The notes under the pieces: generated by a model
The model's input: the letters and a program-made list of their open reading frames with translations, nothing else
The model's database searches: none
Told to the model about the DNA's origin: nothing
IMG/VR virus record: IMGVR_UViG_3300032130_000015
Span: 1 to 29,817 of that record
Length of the DNA stretch: 29,817 bases
Reading direction: 5' to 3' (one strand)
Origin: a virus
Taxonomy: Duplodnaviria > Caudoviricetes
Part shown: one piece after another, positions 10,222 through 17,811 of the stretch
Layout of the letters: the number at the start of each line of letters is the position of its first letter
Numbering within the stretch: the first letter of the stretch is position 1
Translations under genes and position numbers: made by a program

Positions 10222-10745
10222 GTTTTTTTTTCTAGATCCATCGTCGAGATCATCCTCACCCGAAGGCAGAGTTCAGTCAGTACAGTTGTCTGAAGGTGGG
10301 CCGGCCGGATGCGCTCGATGGCCTCGAGTGCCGGTTGAGGGTTGCCCTCGCCATCGATGACCATCACGCCGACCGAGACGAATTCTCTCATCCATCGATC
10401 AATGTAGAGCACATGCTCGGTCAGCGCCTTCCGCTCTCTCAGGGTGAGATCGTCGTGCCATCTTGCCCGCTCGTCATCATCCTCGAAGGACAGCTGGACC
10501 TGATACAGTTTGGCGCCGAGCTCGGATCGCCGGTGGATGCCCGCCGAGCGTTCGGCGTTAACCATCTCTTCATGTGTCAACGCTTTGACCCGCCACCGGG
10601 TCGGCTCGCCGTTCAGCGTCAAGGCCGACTCATCCCAATCTCGGCGGAAGGCCGAGAGGGTCTCGTCGTCGGTCTCGCTCACTGCCGGATCACAGCTCAA
10701 CACGGTGTCGCGGGTCTCGTCGGCGGATAGGGCAAAAGTGAACAA
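10218..10745 (-). CDS. Tail assembly chaperone, lambda gpG-like
   Basis: Directly downstream of the tail tube; AAGGAG SD and TTG start; ends ...MDLEKKT over a slippery sequence. Confidence 0.75.
   Translation of the reverse strand: MFTFALSADETRDTVLSCDPAVSETDDETLSAFRRDWDESALTLNGEPTRWRVKALTHEEMVNAERSAGIHRRSELGAKLYQVQLSFEDDDERARWHDDLTLRERKALTEHVLYIDRWMREFVSVGVMVIDGEGNPQPALEAIERIRPAHLQTTVLTELCLRVRMISTMDLEKKT
10223..10231 (-). other. Programmed -1 ribosomal frameshift slippery site (A AAA AAA)
   Basis: Minus strand reads CTA GAA AAA AAA ACA TGA; a -1 slip gives AAA AAA AAC ATG ATC ATC, in frame with 9814..10221. This is the canonical location between tail tube and TMP. Confidence 0.75.
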
Positions 10746-10754
10746 TTGATCTCC

Positions 10755-12062
10755 TTACCAGTTACCATTCAGCCCGAGGCGGAAGGGAGTGTTGCTGCCT
10801 CGACCTTGAACGTTCGGGATATCTCCGCCGAATCGGCTCGCCGAGTAGTTTAGGATCTGCTTGATGATCTCGCCTGAGATGTCGCGCTTCGATGAGTCGG
10901 AGGTCAGCACCCCGGCCGGCAGGTTGATCGCCATGCCCATACCAACCCCGAGTGGACCGGTTCCGATCATGACCGCTCGAGGGGTCTTGTTGTAGAAGTC
11001 GTCATCGACGATGGCCGCGGCCGAGGATAGGGTGAGGGATGCCTCGACCGTGCAGTCGCTGACCTCCCATCCAGACATCCCGGTGATATCGTTCGAGAAC
11101 CCCTTGGGCGTCAGGGTGTTGGTCATCGTGACGCTGAACGCCTCACAGTCGACGACGAGCCGGCCGGCGACGTCGCCGGTCGTGCCGCTTGCATCGGTCA
11201 AGGATGTCGCCGCGGTCGCGCCAAGGGTAGCGTAGGCGCCGCGGAAGTGGGGTGCCGCGCCGTCTAGGTAGATCGGCTCGACCGGACCCGTCGCCGAGGC
11301 ATGGTCGTCGGTGATATGGGCAGCTTGGAAGACTATGTCGGCCATCACCCGGCCGCCGTCGTGACTCAGCGCAATCGACTCGACCGCGCATCCGTAGCAG
11401 TAGGTGCGGACGCCAACGCCATCGATCCGAAGGGCGACGGTGCCATCGATTTGACCCGAGCTAGCCTTCTGCGGAACGTACCAAGTATCCATCTGCCGAA
11501 CGGTCGCCCCGAGGCCAATGGTGCCCGACGTCGCCGGCGAGTAGGCGACGACCCCGGCTCCACCTTGGTCGTTAGATGTGATCGCGCCATACTCGGCCCG
11601 ACCGTTGATCTCGGTGCCAACAATGTTGCCCATGATATAGGTGTTGGTCGCCGCGGTCGGGTCGAATGAGTTAGCGTTGACCGTCGCCGCGACCGTGTCT
11701 GGCGCGGTGCCGGCGCTGAACTTCATGGCCGCGCCAAGCATCCGACCGAGGCCGGTGCTCGCGTAGTCGAGGCCGGTGCCGAGCGTGGTCAGGTCACACC
11801 GAACCGAGATCGACCCGGTTCGGCGTCGGACCCGAGACCCAGCTGACCAGACCGTGTCTGGCTCTCGGGGTAGGCTGAAGGGACCGTCGCGCGCGTCGAG
11901 TCGGTCGGTCGCGGCCGCATCACCCGGCACGATGATCGGATCGCGGTCGACGAGCGCCGAGACAAATGATAGGGCGCCGGGTGTCGGCAGGCCGGTCGCT
12001 GAGTCAATTGAGGCGAAGGCCCCTTCGGCAGCGATAGACAATGATCTCCAAGTTGGTGCCAT
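10755..12062 (-). CDS. Major tail (tube) protein (435 aa)
   Basis: N-terminal MAPTWRSLSIAAEGAF; YCYGCAVESIALS and FSVTMTNTLTP segments typical of siphovirus tail tubes; GAGG SD; position before the chaperones and TMP. Confidence 0.8.
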   Translation of the reverse strand: MAPTWRSLSIAAEGAFASIDSATGLPTPGALSFVSALVDRDPIIVPGDAAATDRLDARDGPFSLPREPDTVWSAGSRVRRRTGSISVRCDLTTLGTGLDYASTGLGRMLGAAMKFSAGTAPDTVAATVNANSFDPTAATNTYIMGNIVGTEINGRAEYGAITSNDQGGAGVVAYSPATSGTIGLGATVRQMDTWYVPQKASSGQIDGTVALRIDGVGVRTYCYGCAVESIALSHDGGRVMADIVFQAAHITDDHASATGPVEPIYLDGAAPHFRGAYATLGATAATSLTDASGTTGDVAGRLVVDCEAFSVTMTNTLTPKGFSNDITGMSGWEVSDCTVEASLTLSSAAAIVDDDFYNKTPRAVMIGTGPLGVGMGMAINLPAGVLTSDSSKRDISGEIIKQILNYSASRFGGDIPNVQGRGSNTPFRLGLNGNW

Positions 12063-12070
12063 GGTTCACC

Positions 12071-12532
12071 TCAATTTTTGTACAGAATCTGAACAGGTAA
12101 CTTCAGCAACCAAGCCACCTCGATCCCTTGATCGTCGAACAATGGTTCGATGACCGGAGATCCCGGTAGGCAGGTTGTGATCTGGGTTGTCGCCGGCGAA
12201 TAGTCCGGTGACTTGATTGAATCGATTAGGGTCGTCGCGTCTTCACTCATGATCCGTTCGCGAAGGCCGATGTCGGCCGGCGTGTCATACCTCACTCGGA
12301 TGGTATGGGTCGCCCTCTTCCGACCCGATAGGCCGGCGTCACCGTCGTCGATGGGTAGGATGTAGTCATCGTTGCCGAAGTCGAAGTAGCGAATGTTGCC
12401 CGGTCTCGCCTCGAGAATCGATGAGTAGCCGTCGGCATTCTGGATACAGACGAACCCATGAGACATCGAGCTCGCCGGCGTGGTCGCCTCGACCCGGTCG
12501 ATGAGGAAGTCGAGCGCTTGTCGGATGGCCAT
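12071..12532 (-). CDS. Tail terminator / completion protein (153 aa)
   Basis: Position directly before the tail tube; TAATG coupling; size and helix-strand pattern. Confidence 0.6.
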   Translation of the reverse strand: MAIRQALDFLIDRVEATTPASSMSHGFVCIQNADGYSSILEARPGNIRYFDFGNDDYILPIDDGDAGLSGRKRATHTIRVRYDTPADIGLRERIMSEDATTLIDSIKSPDYSPATTQITTCLPGSPVIEPLFDDQGIEVAWLLKLPVQILYKN

Positions 12533-13068
12533 TAGCGCCCCCTCAACTTCTTGGCGATCTGCTCATCAAATGACTCGGCGATCATCCTCTGCTCGGGAAT
12601 GGTCAGGCCCATGAATTCCCTCTTGACGTTGACATATCCGGCATACTTGCCCGCCTTTCCGATGACCTCAAGAATATACCCAGTCGATAGAACCTTGGTC
12701 ACTTGGATCGAGTTGAGCATCAACCCAGTCAAGGTCAGATCAACCTCGGCGGTCGGCCCCTTCGCCTTCTTGTTTCGTCTCGGGCCAACCTTGCCGGGTT
12801 CCCTCGATAGCTCTTTATATTCTTTGTAGCCACCTTGATAGAAGACTGACTTGCCGGCCGGCTGACCCCCTCGAGGTCGAGGGAACCTTGTGTTCTGAAT
12901 GTAGATCGGCTTGGTCGAGTATGGCTTGAAGGGTTGCCCGTTCACGTCGAGACCCGAGACCGTCCGCTCTCGGATCAGGGCAATCGAGTCAAGCGCGACG
13001 ACCCTCATCATCTGAGGGGTGACCAGCTTCATCTGAGCGAGTGGCATCGAGAGCTTGACCTTAATCAA
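12532..13068 (-). CDS. Virion morphogenesis / tail completion protein (Mu gpG-like)
   Basis: Basic protein with GLDVNGQPFKPYS, VDLTLTGLMLNSI and KREFMGLT, matching the virion morphogenesis family pattern; TTGA overlap at the start. Confidence 0.75.
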   Translation of the reverse strand: MIKVKLSMPLAQMKLVTPQMMRVVALDSIALIRERTVSGLDVNGQPFKPYSTKPIYIQNTRFPRPRGGQPAGKSVFYQGGYKEYKELSREPGKVGPRRNKKAKGPTAEVDLTLTGLMLNSIQVTKVLSTGYILEVIGKAGKYAGYVNVKREFMGLTIPEQRMIAESFDEQIAKKLRGR

Positions 13069-14054
13069 TGTCTCATCCCCCGAGTCGGCACGAAGGTCTT
13101 CTCGTACTCAGTCTGAGACCGAGACGCCATCGACCCCCTCACGTCGGTCTTGCGGCCGCCGTCAATGGCCTGTCGACGGCTCGCGAGGTCGGCGACGAGC
13201 CCGAGGTCGCCGGTGCCGGCGATGTCGATGATGACCGACCTCGCCGCTCGGTCGAAGGCGTCCGCCCCCTTGTCTCGAAATTGTTGGGCCGCGTCGAACT
13301 GACCGACCCCTTCATAGATGATCGCCGCCGAGAGGTAGGCCGTTGTCCTCGAAAATATATGAGCGTTGAAGAGGTCATCTTCGGTGAACCCATCGACCTC
13401 GACCCGCTCGCGAACCATCAACCCGACCTCATCCTCGGCGAGGTTGATCTGAGGGTTGAAGTCTTGCTGGCGTCTCGGGACCATGTCGGCGAGTGAGGGC
13501 ACCAAGGCGCATAGGTCATAATGACTTAAGCCAACGTTGAAGGGCCGGCGAACGACCGACAAGATCCCGTCATCCTGTCGAGATGTTGACGGTGCATCGG
13601 CGCCAGATCTCGACACATAATTGACTCGCCAAGTATAGGCGCCGAGCGTGCCGGTGATCGCCGCGCCGGGGGTACAGGTCCAAGTCGCCCACTCAAGTGA
13701 AGCGGTCGCCGCGAGGTCGACCCCTCGAGGCAGTGGCTCGGCGAGGTGAGCGGTCGATCCGGCGACCCGAGTGATCAGCACCGGATAGGCCGAGTCGCTC
13801 ACCGTCTCAAGCCACGCCTGACCCCAGTGGCCCGAGAGCCCGGCGAAGTTGGCGATGACCGGCGAGATGGTGAGCTCGGATCGGTTGTTGCCGATGGCGG
13901 TCACCGTCGCCGCCGAGTGGAGGACGGTCATCACCGGTGACTGATCGCCGGCCGTCATCTTGAAGGTGATCGTTGGCGTGCCATCGATTGGCTCGGCGGC
14001 GATCCACCTGAAGAGGGTGGTCGTCGAGTTGACAGGGATCTTGGTGATCTTCAT
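13065..14054 (-). CDS. Head-tail adaptor-like protein with an extra N-terminal beta domain (329 aa)
   Basis: The C-terminal ~150 aa are helical (QINLAEDEVGLMVRER...TTAYLSAAIIYE), as in gp6/gp15/Mu gp36 adaptors; the N-terminal half is T/A/W-rich beta. Position after the capsid genes. Confidence 0.55.
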   Translation of the reverse strand: MKITKIPVNSTTTLFRWIAAEPIDGTPTITFKMTAGDQSPVMTVLHSAATVTAIGNNRSELTISPVIANFAGLSGHWGQAWLETVSDSAYPVLITRVAGSTAHLAEPLPRGVDLAATASLEWATWTCTPGAAITGTLGAYTWRVNYVSRSGADAPSTSRQDDGILSVVRRPFNVGLSHYDLCALVPSLADMVPRRQQDFNPQINLAEDEVGLMVRERVEVDGFTEDDLFNAHIFSRTTAYLSAAIIYEGVGQFDAAQQFRDKGADAFDRAARSVIIDIAGTGDLGLVADLASRRQAIDGGRKTDVRGSMASRSQTEYEKTFVPTRGMRH

Positions 14055-14971
14055 TTCTTCCTCGCGGCCTTGTTGGCGTTCTCAATCGTATCATCGGAGG
14101 CCCTTGGCTTGCCGAGCCGCTCGGCCATCCCCTCCGAGATCGGTGCCCAACCATGCCGGCAGTTGTAGCCACCGCCATAGATGGCGACCGGTAGGTTCTG
14201 ATTGTTATCGAGCTGAGTGATCTGCTCTTCGGTGAAGACGAACCCGACGACCTCCCGACAGAAGGGCCGGGTCAGGCCGTCGACCACTCCGGAATATAAT
14301 TGAGACGTGAGACCGGCGAGGCGAGCGCTCATCTGAGTCGCGGCCCGTGATAAGGCCGAGGCCTTGGTCCTCGCTTCAGTGGCCAGTGTCGTTATGTTTT
14401 GGGCTAGTTGTGCATCGATATTGTTGACAGCTCCGGCGATATCTCCGGTCAAATCAGCGTTGGCGACGTGAGCGTTGATCGTACCCTCGAAGGTAGGCAA
14501 CACCTTATCCTCGAAGAGTGATCCGATGGTGTCGCCGACGAGCACTTGAGTCTCGGTGTAGTCGACCGCCTCGACCTTCAGCTTCATCAGCTCATCGAGG
14601 TCGCCGACCCCGGCTGATACACTCTGGTAGACTGGTGGGAGCATCGATGAGACGCCGGTCTCGACCGTCGCGAGCATCGCTTGGTCGAGGCCCGACTCGC
14701 GGACGATCCGGCGGATCTCGTCTCGGGGCAAGCCAGGCAGCTGCCCTTCAAATGATCTGAGGTTGGACACGATTGATCGCCGGGCATCCTCGACCGATGA
14801 TCGGAAGACTTGGGTGGTCTTGATCTCGCTGTCGAGGATCGCCCGTTGAGACGTGAGTAGATCACGTTCGGCAGGGTTGCGAGCATTGCGGATCTGCTGA
14901 CTGAGCTCTCGGCTCGCCTTCCGATCTCCGGTCTCGGATAGTCTGATCGTATGTCCGCAAGTGCACGCCAT
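14051..14971 (-). CDS. Head morphogenesis / minor capsid protein (Mu gpF / SPP1 gp7-like)
   Basis: C-terminal YSGVVDGLTRPFCREVVG...GGYNCRHGWAP matches the D-x-x-T-R-x-x-C...NCR(C/H) signature of this family. Confidence 0.82.
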   Translation of the reverse strand: MACTCGHTIRLSETGDRKASRELSQQIRNARNPAERDLLTSQRAILDSEIKTTQVFRSSVEDARRSIVSNLRSFEGQLPGLPRDEIRRIVRESGLDQAMLATVETGVSSMLPPVYQSVSAGVGDLDELMKLKVEAVDYTETQVLVGDTIGSLFEDKVLPTFEGTINAHVANADLTGDIAGAVNNIDAQLAQNITTLATEARTKASALSRAATQMSARLAGLTSQLYSGVVDGLTRPFCREVVGFVFTEEQITQLDNNQNLPVAIYGGGYNCRHGWAPISEGMAERLGKPRASDDTIENANKAARKK

Positions 14972-14977
14972 GATCCA

Positions 14978-15973
14978 TCACAGAGTATTCGTCAGCAGCT
15001 CGCCGAAGTTGGTGTCGAGAACTTTCTCGGTGCAAGACTCTTCAGCCCAGACGAACCGGTTGACGAGATCAAGTGAATCGTATTGGCCCGCCTTGGTCGG
15101 CTCGAACTGGAAGTCGGCCATCGCCAAAGGCATGAGCTTTACCGCGCCGGTCGAAGAGACGATGGCGTCGGAACCCCGAAGGATGCCGATCCAAGCTGAC
15201 TCATTGTTCCAGATGAACGACTCGGAGCTCGCCGCACCCGGCACAGCTGACTCGTATCGGGCCGGAGCGAAGAAGACGTTGGGCACGCCGATCACATCTC
15301 GAAGCACTTGAAGCGCCGCTTCATGAGTCAGGATCTGATTGCCCGCGGCCAACCCGTTAGCAGTTGAACCGACGTATGACCTCACCTCTGGGTTGCGGCA
15401 GATGGCCCTGAAGGCATTGTAACCGATGACCAAGGTATCGGGGGGGATGCCATGGGCGCCGGCGAAGGCGCGGTCGTATGCCTCTTGAAGATCGGTCAGG
15501 GGCTCGCCGCCGGCGACGTTCCAAGCGGTGGACACAACCCCGATGTTGGTTGTGTTCCAACCGGTGCCGGCGGAAAAGAGCAAATCACCGACCCGCTTCT
15601 CCTTCTTGATCTTCAGAGCTCGGCCGACCTTTCGGGCGAGTCGCTCTTCCTCAGATCCAGGGAACTGGCTGTCTCGAATGTCTTCCATCGGAATGGAATC
15701 CTCGAGGCCATAGATGTTGGCCTTGCCGGTCGTGTTGGTCCGGGCGAAGGAGGCGATCTGCTCGCGAGGTGTGCCCGGTGCCCGAAGTGCACCCTTCGAG
15801 GCATCGCCCATGAAGTTTCGGGTGTTCTCGATGAGAAGGGTGAAGCTTCGCTCGGGAATGTTGATCGGCTCGAGTACCTGATCGGCAATCAGCTGATTGT
15901 CGCTCGGCACGGCCGAAAGAGCCAGCGACGATAAGATCTCGTCGACTGGATGAAATGATGAATAACCTGGCAT
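14978..15973 (-). CDS. Major capsid protein (HK97 fold, 331 aa)
   Basis: N-terminal VDEILSSLAL...IADQVLEPINI and internal PPDTLVIGYNAFRAICRNPEV match lambda-E/Mu-like major capsids; strong AAGGAG SD; position after protease and decoration genes. Confidence 0.9.
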   Translation of the reverse strand: MPGYSSFHPVDEILSSLALSAVPSDNQLIADQVLEPINIPERSFTLLIENTRNFMGDASKGALRAPGTPREQIASFARTNTTGKANIYGLEDSIPMEDIRDSQFPGSEEERLARKVGRALKIKKEKRVGDLLFSAGTGWNTTNIGVVSTAWNVAGGEPLTDLQEAYDRAFAGAHGIPPDTLVIGYNAFRAICRNPEVRSYVGSTANGLAAGNQILTHEAALQVLRDVIGVPNVFFAPARYESAVPGAASSESFIWNNESAWIGILRGSDAIVSSTGAVKLMPLAMADFQFEPTKAGQYDSLDLVNRFVWAEESCTEKVLDTNFGELLTNTL

Positions 15974-15983
15974 GATCTACTCC

Positions 15984-16391
15984 TTAAGCCCGATGGCCGA
16001 TGGTGCCGGTGAACATGACCGAGATCTGATCGTCGGCCGCGGCAGTTGGTTGGGCCGCACTCGGCACCCATTGAGCGACACAGTACTCGGTGCCGGCGCC
16101 GCCGGCCCAAGTGATCAGGCGCCCTTGGGCATCGACCATCAGATTGAAGTCGGCGGCGTTGGTTGAATCCAAGGCGGCGCCGGCGATGGCCGTGGTCATC
16201 CCGAAGACTACCGTCCGGATGTTATCGGCGGCGACACCTGAGACCTGAGCGACTCCACAGACCGACTGCTCGGTCGCCGCGGTCGCCTGCTCGATCTTGC
16301 CATCCGCGACCCCTTTGACGACTTTGAACTCGCCGACGGTTCCATTACATAGAGAGGTCCGCTCTACCCTGTGATCATTTTGACCGGCCAT
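15984..16391 (-). CDS. Capsid decoration / cement protein (DUF2190-like)
   Basis: 135 aa, A/G/V/T-rich with GVA...VVFG...AGAAL...LMVDAQGRLI; lies between scaffold and capsid. Confidence 0.7.
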   Translation of the reverse strand: MAGQNDHRVERTSLCNGTVGEFKVVKGVADGKIEQATAATEQSVCGVAQVSGVAADNIRTVVFGMTTAIAGAALDSTNAADFNLMVDAQGRLITWAGGAGTEYCVAQWVPSAAQPTAAADDQISVMFTGTIGHRA

Positions 16392-16392
16392 C

Positions 16393-17037
16393 TTACCGAC
16401 CTCCCTTCATCGCCTGTAGGTACTCATCGGCATGATTCTCTCGGTACAACTTCAACGCGGTCGCGTAGTCAACCGACCGGTCTTCTGCCAACTTCTTGAC
16501 ACTCTTATCCACCGAGGCCCGGGTCGGTTGCTCGGGAGCTCCGTACCCATGACCGAACTCGGAGAGGTTGACGGCGCTGTTCGCCGGCCGGGTCTCAAAC
16601 ATCTCGGTGAACAACTTCCGGTCGAGATTGTATAGGCGCTCAGCCGACCCAACCTCGGCGGGTGAGATCTTGCCGAGCTCACAGAGCTGTCGGATCTTCG
16701 CCTGCCGGCGCTCCGCCTTCTGGTCTCGGCGGATGCTCGCGAGCTCATCACTTAGCCGCTTGATCTGGCCTTGTTGCTCGGAGAGTAGGATGCGCTCGCG
16801 AAGCTTCACCTCTTCCTTCTCCTCATCTTCCTCGACGACCTCTTCGGCCGCTTCGACTTTGTCCTCATCCTTCTCATCTTCTTCGGCGGTCTCGCCCTCG
16901 GCCATCGCCGAAGCCTTCATCGACTCGAGCTCAGATCGGAGTCGCTCGACCTCAGCCTCCAAGGCTTCCTTCTCGGCTCGGATCGCTTCGACCTCCGAGG
17001 CATCGCTCGCCCCGGCCGCCATGTTCTCATTCTCCAT
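16393..17037 (-). CDS. Nested in-frame scaffolding protein (Mu gpZ-like), internal start at 17037 or 17022
   Basis: Minus strand GAGGGACCT-ATG-GAGAATGAGAAC-ATG: two Met codons, each with an SD-like sequence, exactly at the protease/scaffold boundary. Confidence 0.6.
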   Translation of the reverse strand: MENENMAAGASDASEVEAIRAEKEALEAEVERLRSELESMKASAMAEGETAEEDEKDEDKVEAAEEVVEEDEEKEEVKLRERILLSEQQGQIKRLSDELASIRRDQKAERRQAKIRQLCELGKISPAEVGSAERLYNLDRKLFTEMFETRPANSAVNLSEFGHGYGAPEQPTRASVDKSVKKLAEDRSVDYATALKLYRENHADEYLQAMKGGR

Positions 17038-17811
17038 AGGTCCCTCACTTAGTGTGATCTTGGTTAGTTTGTCGACCGTTTGTTGCGGTCTCGGTGTCAA
17101 TGAGATGGCGAGGATCTGACCGTTGCCGACCCGAGATCCATCTCGTCGATCATAGACGTCGCCTTGAAGGAACTCCGGACTAGACCAGAGCGGCGACGAC
17201 TCGCTGACCAACTTTTGGCCCCGATCAGAATAGGCCGGCACGCACCAAAGGCAGTCGGCCTCGATATACATGTCAACGATCTGACCGAGTGAGATAGTGT
17301 TTTCAATAGGCGCCTGGTCATCACTCGAGGCATGACACCAGTCGATGATGACTGGGTCGAGGTCGCGTCGGTCGTGATAGACCCGAACCAGCTCTTTGAG
17401 CAGCTCGGGGGTAATGACCCCGATCTCCTCGCCGGTCATCCTCGATGAGATCGGGCCGCAAGCCAATGTCTTGAAGGGCTTGCCGACCGACAGGTCATCG
17501 TCGACGACGACCTCGAGGTCACGGTCGCCGGTGACCACTTCGGAGTAGGCGACCGCCTTCATCTCCGACAGCTTCTTGGCGGCGACGATCTGATCGGTCC
17601 GGTAGTTGTGACCGACTAGCCACTGCCGAAAGTCGCCGACCGATAACCGGGTCGAGTCGCATCGAACGGTCTGGACCGCGTACTTCTTAGTTGATGCCAA
17701 TCGGCCGACGATCATGACGATCCCACCGTCGCCGGTCCGCCGCTTCAGCGTGACCTTGTCGAACTGGTTGGGCGGCAGCTGTCTGGCGCTGTGTTCATTT
17801 GGTAGAGGCAT
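16393..17811 (-). CDS. Prohead protease (Mu gpI-like) with N-terminal accessory domain and C-terminal scaffold
   Basis: VIIDWCHAS (cf. IDYEH), WSSPEF (cf. YxSPxF) and AISLTPRP (cf. ALTNxP), followed by an acidic coiled-coil scaffold region. Confidence 0.85.
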   Translation of the reverse strand: MPLPNEHSARQLPPNQFDKVTLKRRTGDGGIVMIVGRLASTKKYAVQTVRCDSTRLSVGDFRQWLVGHNYRTDQIVAAKKLSEMKAVAYSEVVTGDRDLEVVVDDDLSVGKPFKTLACGPISSRMTGEEIGVITPELLKELVRVYHDRRDLDPVIIDWCHASSDDQAPIENTISLGQIVDMYIEADCLWCVPAYSDRGQKLVSESSPLWSSPEFLQGDVYDRRDGSRVGNGQILAISLTPRPQQTVDKLTKITLSEGPMENENMAAGASDASEVEAIRAEKEALEAEVERLRSELESMKASAMAEGETAEEDEKDEDKVEAAEEVVEEDEEKEEVKLRERILLSEQQGQIKRLSDELASIRRDQKAERRQAKIRQLCELGKISPAEVGSAERLYNLDRKLFTEMFETRPANSAVNLSEFGHGYGAPEQPTRASVDKSVKKLAEDRSVDYATALKLYRENHADEYLQAMKGGR

